DNA of 63,071 nucleotides, filler included, from Platydemus manokwari (Eukaryota): NCBI GenBank assembly GCA_037951405.1. It is 6 parts of 6 records of this genome, joined end to end, with 100 filler letters (N's around TTAATTAATTAA, not from the genome) between each part and the next. Parts side by side here need not be neighbours in the genome. Positions count along the whole stretch, not along the records: positions 1 to 11,566 come from JBBMOY010593327.1; 5 more parts are not named here. One strand, 5' to 3'. Shown piece by piece: positions 1 to 11,666 of this stretch (position 1 is its first letter; each line of letters starts with the position of its first letter). The notes under the pieces were generated by a model. It saw only the letters and a program-made list of their open reading frames with translations, ran no database searches and was not told where the DNA came from. The position numbers and the translations under genes were made by a program.

Positions 1-27
1 TTATTATTATTATTATTATTATTATTA
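1..27. repeat. (ATT)n microsatellite
   Basis: About nine TTA units. Similar tracts occur at 7028-7060 and 52950-53119. Confidence 0.9.
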
Positions 28-2567
28 GATTATAATTATTTTCTAATGCCAATTTTCTTCTTATTATTTTTCAAATATTTTATTCTGTAATTTTATTTAT
101 ATATATTTTTTCGAATTATATTAAAATTACTCGATATTGAATAGGTGAGTTATGAACAAGTCATAGCTGAGCCCGACGAAGTGCATTCATTCGATTGTGT
201 TTGGATATATTCCTGGAAATGTTTTAATGGAGGTAAAAATTGTTGATACAAATTTATTACAAGTATCTGTGGTATTTGTGTTGCTCTCTGTTGGGGCTGC
301 ATATTCGCCTGTGTGGCTCTCTCTCATATCTGGTGCTTCGTCCCTTGTTTGAAGGTATTTGCAATTTATGTCCAATGTCTACGATATGGATTCAAAACAA
401 TGGTTGATTGTTTATGTGGACAGACTTGTGAAGCTTTTGGACTTCTTTTTAGTAAGATAAAGATTCAACAAGGGTGAGGAAAACAACTTTACTGATGATG
501 AATACAAAAACATTTTAGGATTTCGTTTGTTATTCCTTCATCAATTAAAATAATTATAAATATGCGGTACTTTACGAAAATAATTATGTAATCTGTTTAC
601 CTTTACTTCATTTGTGAAATCGATTATTAAATTAAATTGATTTTCTGTCATTTATCTTGCAATTTTTATTGTAGTTATACAAATTATTATTTTCGATATT
701 TGTTTTTAAAATAAAATTTTCTGGTTAATTTTATAAAATCGAAATGTGATATTATAAAAGTAAGCTTGTTAATTGTTTACATTTAATTACATTTTTGATT
801 CTATCATTCGTTTTTTTATTTGCATTTACTGTTTATTAATAATTATAAAGTTTACAAGTTTAATAATTCTAAAAGATTTTAAAAACTAAAAATTATTGTT
901 AGAATAAGTTTTATCCAATAAATTTTAAGATAAATGACATGAAATCAATTAAGTATCATGACGGATTTGTTTGGATCGATTTTGACGATGATGAGAAGAA
1001 GATATAATGACCAGATGAGCAATTCCGATTTATAAACAAGATAATTATTACCAACGATTTCAATACATGACTTATAATGACTTTCAAGACCAAAACTGTA
1101 TAGTTCAAGATTCAAAAACTCAATTTGTAAAAATATGATGATTGAACAGATTCTAGACAGGAGAAGGTATGTCAGCGATGGGAATTGTTCTAGATTTAAA
1201 ATGATAGGTTAATATCGTTAATATTTATAGATTAATAGATATATGAGAATCAATTAATATATATGACACCAACGCTATGATATGTATATAATAAATAATA
1301 ATAATTACTTAAATAAGACAGTAAACAATGTAACAAAAAAAAATTATTATTACTATTATTTATAATACTCAATTTACATTGATTTTACAATTTGTAATGA
1401 TACTGACATCTACAAATAAGAATGTTACTTGAGTTACTTAACTGTCGAGCACCAATTAACTTTTTATAAAAGTATATGATGGGGGACATATGGAAGTTTA
1501 ATTAGATCAGATAAGGACTATTGGAGAAAATTTCTGTCTTATCTAACAGTGGAATAAGTTACTCGATGAATTCATTATGATTCATAATGTTTCGACGGGT
1601 ATTCAATTCCAAATTTTGATAATTACTGATTTAATAATAATTGTGATTTGAGGTCATCGCAATAGTCTTTTGCTCGGTTTCTCGATCAGTTTCTCGATTA
1701 TCGATTGTTAAATATATCTACATTAATGTAATGGAACAAATTATAAACGATGTTTTCTCATTACAAACTAGGTGCTTCACAGGTGTTGATACTTGTGCTA
1801 CAAAATTGACAATCGTTGTTTCTAATTGTAAGACAGAGCTAACTAAGTTTTATCTCTGTTTTGTGCGATTTCTGATTCAGATAAGTTTTGTTTTGTGCGG
1901 CTTTATCAGCAGGTGACAAAGTCATCGATTTTTCTCTCTTTGAGGCTCTGTCTATTACTTTTTAGTACAAAGTCTTTCAATAGCTGAGGTAACTTATTTT
2001 ACTATTATTTTATTTTTTAACGACAGAGTTTAGATAACCTTTTGAAGAAGATATGAAACAAAGATATTGGTAATCTCAAATAAAAACTTAGTTTTTTCCA
2101 TTAAATTTGGATTTTTATATCTATATAAAGACTATAGTGATATAAATAGGTTTATTCCAAGTCTGACACAGAGAAATGTTTCAGAAATAATTGTTGAAAT
2201 ATTTGTGCTTGATTTTTGATACTGAATTGGTGTTATAATAATGATATAGGAGTGAAATCTTATAAACCTGAAAACTAATTCCATAACGGAAGTGTAAAAG
2301 TAGATAAATAAATAGTTGTTCTCCAAACGTAATTACAACTTCATTTCGAAAAGTGTAATAAATTCTATAGTTAACAAGTTCTAATGTAGTTGCCAATAAT
2401 AATAAAATTACAAAGATGAGTCGAATAGATTATTTATCTCTGATAAAAAAGTAAATTTTGAAGATCGATATACTGGTAAGAACTGTTAACAGAATGGCGT
2501 TAGGCATTTGTAAAGATAGTTCATTCGTGTTGATTATTAAGAGGACAAATAAATGAGATTTATATTT

Positions 2568-2573
2568 TTTATT
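2568..2573 (-). promoter_or_regulatory. Probable polyadenylation signal (AATAAA) of the astacin-ShKT gene
   Basis: AATAAA on the minus strand ~57 nt downstream of the TAA stop, followed by T-rich sequence. The AT-rich background lowers specificity. Confidence 0.5.
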
Positions 2574-2630
2574 GAATGACAAAAATTAAAAAAATGTAAT
2601 CAAATCGGGTAACTATTTTTAGTTTTAGAT

Positions 2631-5600
2631 TTATTTAGAGATAATTGTTTGACATACCAAACATGACTTGGCACAATTGACGCTCATCCATACCTTGTTT
2701 CTGTCACATTCTCCTCTTTGAGCCCAAATTCGACATTTTATCGTATCATATTTATCGGAACAGGATATCGGATTGCGCCAGTTTATCGAACAAATTCCAC
2801 ATGATTTCTGACAGTAAGCAACCATATATGGTGCATTCAATTCACATTGATCTTGTCGGGCCCAATATGAACATTGGTAATCACCGGCACGATTTCTGCA
2901 CTTTGACGAACGACCATTACTTAAAGGTCGAGGGCGAAGTTCTAGAGGTTTCGAAGAATTAAAGACGCATTTACGACACGATAATGCACAATTTCTTGCC
3001 ATTTCTTTGGGTTTGGTTCGACATTGTCCAGATATTTTCTTCACAGTGCAAAAATATCGGCCAATTAAATCGAAACATTCCGTTTTCTGTTTCATTGATG
3101 GCTTCAAATTCATGCAGTTTTTGCAGGTCTTTGCACAACTGATTCTCATGAATTCGAGATTCTTTTCACAATCGCCATTCTTACTCCATTCTTCACATAC
3201 TTTGTCATCATAAAGATTTTTACAACGACTAGTCATTCCCAATGGTCCACTGGATATTGTGGTTGAATGATGTTGACAATGACCACAAGTCTTGGCACAC
3301 TGATCATTCATAAACACAGGATTTCTTTCACATTCACCCACTTGTTTCCATGCTTCACAGGACCAGTCGCCGTACTTGTTGTCACAAATCGTCTCAAGGA
3401 CGGTTTGGGATTTGTATTTAGAACAATTACTGCAGGATTTTTGGCACAATTGTGTCATGAATTTTTGATTTTTTGTACATTCTCCTTCTTTGGCCCACTT
3501 TTCACAGACTTTGTCATTGTAAACATTCTTGCACCTTCGAGTTGTTTGACAGAGTCCACAGGATTTCAAACAATGAGAAGTCATGAATTTAGGATAGATT
3601 TTACAATAGTCCACTTTGCTCCATTTCTCACACATTTCATCTTTATAAAGATTTACACATTCGTTTGTGGATTCGGTTGTTGATTTTATTGATTTACATC
3701 GGCCACACGATTTGGTGCACTGTGATTCCATAAATTTGATATTTCTTTCACATTCACCATTTCTGGCCCAGAAATCACATAAAGAGTTGTTATAAATATT
3801 CTTACAATCAATTGATGGAGTCGTTTGATAGTTGAGGGAACAACTACCGCAAGATTTTGCGCAATTCCTCAACATATAATTCGGATTTTTAGAGCATTCA
3901 CCAACTGCTTTCCACTGATCACATTGTTCGTTGTCATAGAGATTACGACATACGGACAATGGACTTGTGGACTTCAAAAATGATGTTGTTGCCAAACAAT
4001 TTGTACATGATTTTTGACATTTAACGAGCATATATCTGGGATTCTTTTCGCATTCACCACTTTGTGCCCATTTATCGCATATAATATCATTATCTTGATT
4101 TGTACACACTTTACGCAATGGTTCGGTTTTGCATTGTCCACACGATTTGGCGCATTGCGTTAACATAAACATCGGATTCTTTTCGCATTCGCCATCATTT
4201 TTCCATTTTGTGCACACTCCATCATTATAAGCATTCATACATAGAGAAGCATTATTGTCGACCGTACAACTGTCACAAGCTTTAGAACATTTCACAGTCA
4301 TAATGGCAGCATTACTTTCACACATTCCTTCGGCTTTCCATTTCAAGCACGACTCATCGCTGTAAACATTTTCACATTTATTCTTCGGAATATCGATTTT
4401 ACAAGCTCCACATGATTTGGCACAGTTGACCATCATAAAATTTGGATTTTTCTCACATTCACCGCTAACTTTCCAAGAATCACATTGTTCATCAGGCCAT
4501 GTGTTTTTACATTTTTCATGACTTTTCAATCGTTCCTGTAAATCGCAACTGCCACAGCTTTGAGCGCATTGGACGAGCATTTTGGTGGGATTTTTGAAAC
4601 ATTCTCCTTGATCCTTTAGGAAGACGCAATCTTTTTCATTGACTACATCTTGACAATCGACATATGTCTTGGGATCACACCTTTCACATGTTTTCGCACA
4701 TTGGATCATCATAAAATTTTCGTTTCTGGTGCATTCTCCGAATTGTTTCCAATATTCACAATCTGCATTGTTGTGAAGATTTCTACAACCTTTGATTGAT
4801 CTCTCTGAATCACAACTATTGCACGATCTGGCGCAATTAACCAACATATATTTCGGATTCTTTAAACATTCGCCGTTTTTACTCCAATTATCACAATTTA
4901 GATCTTTGTCAATGTTAACACATATTTTGGGTTCCACAGACCTACAGTTATTGCAAGATCTGGCACAATTAATCAACATATAGTTAGGATTCTTGGAACA
5001 TTCTCCTCGACTACTCCAATTATCACAATCCACATCTTTGTTAATGTTAACACATTCTTTGGGTTCCACAGACCTACAGTTATTGCAAGATCTGGCACAA
5101 TTAATCAACATATAATTGGGATTCTTTAAACATTCTCCTCGACTACTCCAATAGTCACATTCACTGTCAGTGTGGATGTTCTTACATAAATTTTGTATTT
5201 CAATTTTCGACTCACATCTTTTACAAGATTTGGCACAATTAATCAACATATAATTGGGATTCTTGGAACATTCTCCTCGACTACTCCAATTATCACAATC
5301 CAGATCTTTGTCAATGTTAACACATTCTTTGGGTTCCACAGACCTACAATTATTGCAAGATCTGGCACAATTAATCAACATATAATTGGGATTCTTGGAA
5401 CATTCACCTCGACTACTCCAATTGTCGCATTTCTCATCGCTATTAATATTTCTACATATTGTTTGGGAATTTTTTGTGGAATTACAACTATTACAAGATC
5501 TAGCACAACTAACCAACATAAATTCAGGATTTTTCAAACATTCACCTCTTCTATTCCAAATATCACATTCTGTATCATTATGAATATTTCTGCAGTTTTG

Positions 5601-6756
5601 GACTTCAGTCACCTCACAGCTGTTACACGATTTCGCGCATTTAACAAGCATATATTGTGGATTCTTCGAACATTCTCCTTGTTTACTCCACTGATCACAT
5701 TTTGAATCATTATGTATATTTCTACAGAATTGTAATTCCATCAGTTCACAACTGTTACAAGATCTGGCGCAATTCATTAGCATATACTTAGGATTCTTGA
5801 GACACTCTCCTCGCTTACTCCAATTGTCACAATCTTCATCTTTATGAATGTTTGCACAGTTAAGGACATTATTTTCAGATCGACAAATATTGCATGATTT
5901 GGCACAGTTCGTCATCATGTATTTCGGTTTCTTCAAACATTCTCCCAATTTGGCCCAATTTTCGCATGTTATATCTTCATCCAAGTTTCGACAAATCGAT
6001 AAAGGAGTCGTCAAACAAAATCCACAAGATTTAGCACAATGTGACGACATCATTTGAGAAGCATTGACACACATGCCTGACTTTTTCCAAGATTCACATT
6101 GGACATCTGATTTCAGATTTTCGCAGAAACTTTTCGTAGATATTAATTCCGTTCGATTATAACCAATAGTGGTGATGGAGACTGTTGATGGAGTTCCATT
6201 ATTACAAAGATCACATGCTTTTCGACAATGTTTTTCCATATATTTTCGATTGTTTACACATTCTCCTGACCGAGACCAAATGTAACAGGAAAGATTATTG
6301 TCCAAATTTTTGCAATTCGAATTGATTTTTCTCTTTTTCGTTGTCGTTTTATTGCAGATTTTACAAGATTTTTGGCACATTAGTTGCATAAACGACGGAT
6401 TCTTCACACATTGATCGGAAGCAGCCCAGGATTTACAGGATGCTTCGTCATATTTATCTACACATGAGTCATTTTCGGATTTTGTCGGTTCATCGTTGCA
6501 TAATTCACAGGCTTTAGCACAATGAAGTTCCATAAAAAATTTGTTTTGATCACATTCTCCTACAGCTGCCCATAAATTGCATTTTTCATCACCGTACTCA
6601 TTCCTACATACAGACTCAGACTTCGGTGTGGTATTTCTGTTGATACACATACCACATGACTGCTTGCAATTAATTTTCATATAACCTGGATTGATCTCAC
6701 ATTCACCACGTTTAGCCCAAGCTTCGCAAATGGAATCCTTCTCAAAGTTTTTACAA
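2631..6756 (-). CDS. Terminal 4126-nt exon encoding 29 tandem ShKT domains
   Basis: ORF 2631..6809 contains 29 units of C-x8-C-x8-C-x10-C-x3-C-x2-C with typical W..xGEC.xNP.YM...C.KSC..C sequence. The real acceptor AG is at 6758-6757, so the first ~18 ORF residues are intronic. Confidence 0.95.
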
Positions 6757-7024
6757 CTGAAGATTAAGACAATAGAACTATGAAAAGTAGAACAATTACA
6801 AAATGTCATTTACATTTTTTTCCTTTTTATAAATTTATCCTTGTGTCTGAAGCACTTATCGCACGTTTTCCGACAATTTGTGGACATGTAAGCCGAATTA
6901 AGTTCACATTGACCTTCTTGTTGCTTCTCCACGCACCATTGTTCTTCGCTTTTGTCTCTGCATCGTCTCAATTCAAAAGCTAAAAATAATATTATTATCA
7001 CAAATTTTATCATTGATAAATTAC

Positions 7025-7061
<37 letters not shown>

Positions 7062-10000
7062 GTCATAATAAATTATTAAAAATAATTATTAATGCGATTA
7101 TCATTATTACAATAGTTATTATTATATTTATAAATATTATCAGTATTATTAAAGAATGATTTTGTAAAAGTCAATAAATATTTTATCGCTAGAAGAACTG
7201 AAAACTAACAGTGAACTACGCATTGAGATCTAATGTACCCAGGTTAAATGATATCACCAAATAGTTTTATTCTTCGTTTTATTAAATGTTTCTTCTCCGT
7301 CTGATTTTCTTTCTTAGCTATTCTTTCATAATCATTGATACCCATCATAGATTATTGTGTAGCTATAAATTTCTTCGACTGCTTCTATTGCTATATAGTC
7401 ACGGTATTCTTTATAATATAATGTTTTGTTTTGAAATTACACACACATATACATTGCGATTCATAAGTCTTCATTTCTAAAACTAAAATAAAACAACAGA
7501 AAGAACAAAATAAATGTATTGAGTTATTGTAATGCACAACAAAACACAATAACAGTAAGAACAAATAACGGTAAATAATAAGCGATTTCTCGTTGATTTG
7601 TGCCATCATTCTCTTTTACAAAATTTACCACATTTTCCTTCATAATTTCATCAGACGGTTTCCCTGATTGTAACTTAGTGGATAAGATTAAAATTTCTTC
7701 AAACATCTGTTTCCAGTATTCCTAGCTGGTGGTGCACGATTGAAATGTTGTTGAAATTCTTGGCAAGCTTTAGCACTACTCCGGTACACTTTTGCATGAC
7801 TAACTATAAACACTCTATCCACAAGCGAAAATATAGCATCACCAACTGCTTTCGCCATATTGTAATAATGCAACTGATTAATAAAAATGAGAAATAAAGT
7901 ACAATAATCAGTGAATGTCTATAATAATAATGAATACGATACGTGAGTGTTTTGTTGTCATATTTTAGTTTATATATATTTTAGTTTATATATATTTTAG
8001 TATATATATGTTAAAATATATAACTGTGCTTTTTCCTAAAAGTAATAAAATCCATCTGATTTCAGAAAAGCAATCCAGGTATTATAAAATGTGAATCAAA
8101 TTCATATAAAGAAAGGAAACAACCGTTTAGTCCTCAATTATGTAATTACTCTGAAAAGAATTATTTAAACTAACAGTCTGGTGTATGGCATTGGCAAAAC
8201 TGATCGACATATCCATCTGGTGGACAAGAAATGTTACGAATACAACGATCTACAGAGAGAAATGTTAGATTTGGTATTTTATAGAACTCAAGTTTCAAAA
8301 CAAAACAAAACACAACCTCCACATTGGTAAAACAAATTCACGACTTTGGCATCAAGGAAAGAAAGATCTTTGTTATGAACTTCATGAAGAAGATGAATAG
8401 CTGATTCATCTTTTACTTCAATTGTTGAGTCACCTCGAGAACCCGAAAAAGACTGAAAACAATGACAAAGATAAATATAAACATTGTACTAATGAGTAAA
8501 ACCTGTGAACCATAATGCATTATCGATTGAAGATCAAAAGGTAGACCAAAATCAATAACACTAGAATTGTGGATTTTATCAAAAAAGTCTATAAAACCAT
8601 CTTTTATGTTTTCCTTCTTTATCTCAATATATTTCTCTCTATCAGGCCGAACATGTTCATGATGAAGACCAATAGCGTGACCAAGCTCATGTAAATATAG
8701 CCCATACTAGAATGAATGAAAGAATATATATACTGCTCTTATTGTGACAATACTTCTTGTTTAAATTACCATCAAAAATATCTCACATATCTACAGCCTG
8801 GTGATGCTAGATTAATTTCCTGTTCGCCATAGTAATTCATTCCCATAATCGAGTAACATCTTGAAATATTTTTAGATCAATGGATTATATAAAAATATCT
8901 TTCAAAATTAATCTCGCTTTACTTTTCACCACCGGTGATTTTAATCCAATTTCGATCACCGTCACGTTTTAATCGAAAATGAACACACGTTTCCATATTC
9001 CAAGTATTGATAGCATCTTGTAGTAGAAGCAATTCCTCTGCGTCTGAAATCATTCTTTTATTTTTCAGTCTTTATTAATCGAGAAGATGAAAATTCAGTT
9101 TTTTATAATTAATAAAAATAATTACAGAAATTAAAAAAATTATCGACTAATAAAAAGTCGATAAGAAAAATTGTAATAAAATTTAATGGGATACGGACCG
9201 GATAGCGACTGTAAGAACAGCGGCGGTCAAAAGAGCGAATTCATAATAGCGACTTTAATAAAACAGAGTCTGTCATAATGTTGAATTTATTATAACGGCG
9301 ACTGTAACATTAGCGACTTTATTATCAACCGGAAAGAATGAGATTTATGTGCTCGCAAGGTCCAGACTTATGTTTCCATTGCTTGTGCTTTCGAGTTGGT
9401 ATCTACGTGTTTGTATTACTAGTTGTATTGAGATTGTGACAATGAACAATTCCTTCTAGCGCTCGCTTGCAATTTAGAAATAAACATGGGTTGATAAATT
9501 TCTGTTGTTTGGCATGAGTGGTCTTTTGTGACTTCTATAGCTAATCCAAATAAAATGATGTTTTAGATTTCCTTTAGATATTTTTTATTACGTAGTGTTT
9601 ATTGAATGTGTATATTTTCAGCTGTTATGAGTACTTTGAACAATTGAAAATTATGAACAATTCGCTGTTATGAAAATAATACAATCGACATGGTCGCTAT
9701 TTTGGGGTGGAACCCAAGCTATGTTCCAGAAATTTGATAAAAATAAAATTGTTCGCCTCAAATATTTGTGCTACAAAACATATTTCATTTAAATAACATT
9801 GCTATTATAATAAAATACAGTGCTAATGATAATCGGTAAAGCTGGTTTAGCGATAAAATTTTAAAAAGCTGAAATGAAATAATAAAATAAACAAAATAAA
9901 TTTTAATGATTTTAAAATAAATTTAGGTCTGTATAAATAAATAGATTGTCAAATCCCATAATATAAAACATCTAAAAATAAGAAAAATAAAATGAATTGG

Positions 10001-10924
10001 AATTTTGAGCATTTAATAAAGTCCTAATGGATTGGAATGAATTTAAGAAAAATCTTATCAAAAAACCAAAAATCAAATTGAATACGGATTTGGACAGTCG
10101 ATAATGAATTTTTAAGGTGAAAATCGACATTAAATAACAAGAGTTCATAATAAATTCAAAATTGTACTTTAATACTGTACTATTTGGCAAACTGATAAAC
10201 AATTTATGTGATGGGAACTTCTCAATGAAATTTTTGATTGTGTTTTCAAACATGTGTGATTTTTAAAATGAAAAAAATTCACTAATATTCAAAAATTGAT
10301 GAGTATGAAAGATTCCTTAATTAATAATAAAATTAAATTGTTAAAATTAAAAATTAAGATTTTAACTTTTAAATAAGGTAATGTTAAGTTTTAAATTGTA
10401 AAATTTTAAGGAAAAGATTAACTTCATCATATATTTAAACATGTTTTGTAATTATAATTATATAATATAATTATATAATAATAATAATAATAATAATAAA
10501 TAATATAATATAATAATAAATAATATGATAAATAACAAAATAATAATAAGTAAAAATAAAATAGTAATAATAAAATACTAAACAACAGAAACAATAACAA
10601 TAAATAACAATAATAATAAAAATAAAATTAATATGCTTAATAAACAATAATAAATAAATATAATAAATAACAATAAATAATATTAATAACAATAATAAAT
10701 AAAATTAATATATAAATAAACAATAAATAAAAAATATAAGAAATAAAAATAAACTCACGAAAAGCAGATGAATCGATGTAATATGGAATTATTCCATCGG
10801 GCCATGGCTCAGCAGTGGTCGAAACAACAGCTCTCCTATTTCTAGTTTTTGTTCTAATAAAATCGATAACTGATGTCAATATCAGGATAATGAACAACCA
10901 TCTGAATATTATGCAGTTCAGCAT
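2631..10924 (-). CDS. Secreted astacin-family (M12A) zinc metalloprotease with 30 C-terminal ShKT domains, 8 exons, 1688 aa
   Basis: Hand-spliced exons (minus): 10924-10759, 9043-8923, 8859-8787, 8706-8503, 8452-8317, 8249-8175, 6979-6814, 6756-2631. All introns are GT-AG with compatible phases; the total of 5067 nt is 1689 codons including the stop. Hydrophobic signal peptide (MLNCIIFRWLFIILILTSV), RNRR/AVV site, WPDGIIPY, zinc motif HELGHAIGLHHEHVRPDR, Met-turn SIMHY, LSFLDAKVVNLFYQC, a short Cys-rich linker, then ShKT repeats. Confidence 0.95.
4800..5460 (-). repeat. Near-identical intragenic tandem repeat units (132-138 bp) within the ShKT array
   Basis: A ~50-nt string, GGGTTCCACAGACCTACA(G/A)TTATTGCAAGATCTGGCACAATTAATCAACATA, recurs at ~4930, ~5061 and ~5331. 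The protein unit WSSRGEC(S/L)KNPNYMLINCA(R/K)SC occurs four times in a row. Confidence 0.9.
7590..7873 (-). mobile_element. Tc1/mariner-superfamily transposase N-terminal HTH fragment in astacin intron 6
   Basis: Translations FQQHFNRAPPARNTGNRCLKKF and KLQSGKPSDEIMKENVVNFVK resemble the transposase HTH followed by the SGRP AT-hook. Frameshifted; no TIRs identified. Confidence 0.55.
8503..8706 (-). CDS. Astacin catalytic exon (zinc-binding motif and Met-turn)
   Basis: Translates YGLYLHELGHAIGLHHEHVRPDREKYIEIKKENIKDGFIDFFDKIHNSSVIDFGLPFDLQSIMHYGSQ, which matches the astacin signature HExxHxxGxxHEHxRxDR plus SxMHY. Flanked by AG and GT. Confidence 0.96.
9188..9715. mobile_element. Degenerate non-autonomous TIR element with ~15-bp subterminal tandem repeats (Foldback/MULE-like) in astacin intron 1
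   Basis: GGG...CCC ends. Repeated (T/C)AGCGAC/GGCGAC units at ~15-bp period in 9200-9325, with inverted copies (GTCGCTA, TTCGCTG) near the right end. No TSD found. Confidence 0.4.
10441..10755. repeat. Degenerate (AAT)n/A-rich low-complexity tract at the 5' end of astacin intron 1
   Basis: Continuous AAT/AAAT/AAC units. It generates spurious Ile/Tyr-rich ORFs. Confidence 0.9.
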
Positions 10925-11566
10925 TAATGATTTCAATAAATCATCACAAGGTGTATATATGGAAATCTCAGAGATTCAACGTATGATTCAAAATCAGAAT
11001 AAACAGGAAATATCTAAACTTGTCAAATGGAGGCTGAAAATCTAAACTTGATAAACTTTATAATAAATTGTCGTCAGCTATTAACAACAATAATAACGCA
11101 ATAGAATTATGAGAGATTAAATTTGTAGAATTATTTCAAATAAAGATTGTGAAATGTTTCGTTAGAATTTTGAAGGTTATAACAAAATTTTCAATCACAG
11201 TATTATCAATAATTCAGAAACATTTGGTAAAATGTTGAAAACATAATAAAATGATGTTCAAAATACAGAAAAGTTCTGAATCTCTCAATTACAGTTGAAT
11301 TTTTAGCGATTTGATTAAATCATAAAATAATTTTTTTATTTAAAAATAAAAATTTTGTTATTTCAAATTAAAGATCATTTAAAGTTTCGTTTGTTTATTC
11401 ACACTAATTTAATTTATATCCTAATTTAATTTATATCCAAGTTTAAATATTTTGCAACTTAAGCTTTGTTACATTTTTAATTTATGTTTTATAATTATTT
11501 AGTTAACTTTTTGATATTCATAGTTCGTTACTAATTAAATAATTAATTTAATTCGTTATTACATGA

Positions 11567-11666
11567 NNNNNNNNNNNNNNNNNNNNNNNNNNNNNNNNNN
11601 NNNNNNNNNNTTAATTAATTAANNNNNNNNNNNNNNNNNNNNNNNNNNNNNNNNNNNNNNNNNNNN
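11567..11666. other. Assembly linker: 100-nt gap with six-frame stop spacer TTAATTAATTAA
   Basis: 44 N + TTAATTAATTAA + 44 N. The identical linker occurs five times in the window. Confidence 0.98.

Noticed and set aside
900-2400. Possible gypsy gag/protease remnants (also 44100-46400, 47500-50000 and 55000-58000)
   Set aside because: Composition suggests old retroelement debris, but no diagnostic motif could be read reliably enough to set boundaries.
4800-5460. Regularly spaced direct repeats as a possible CRISPR array
   Set aside because: They are in-frame coding repeats of 132-138 bp with no unique spacers, in a eukaryotic context.
3007-6057. Plus-strand ORFs (3007, 3267, 4792, 5193, 5386, 5848) with internal repeats
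   Set aside because: Antisense shadows of the repetitive ShKT exon.
10471-10692. Hydrophobic Ile/Tyr-rich ORF (similar ones at 52813-53040 and 45675-45860)
   Set aside because: Translation of AAT/ATT low-complexity sequence; no splice or homology support.
11611-11622. TTAATTAATTAA palindrome recurring every ~10 kb as a biological motif
   Set aside because: Always centred in an identical N run; it is an artificial six-frame stop linker.
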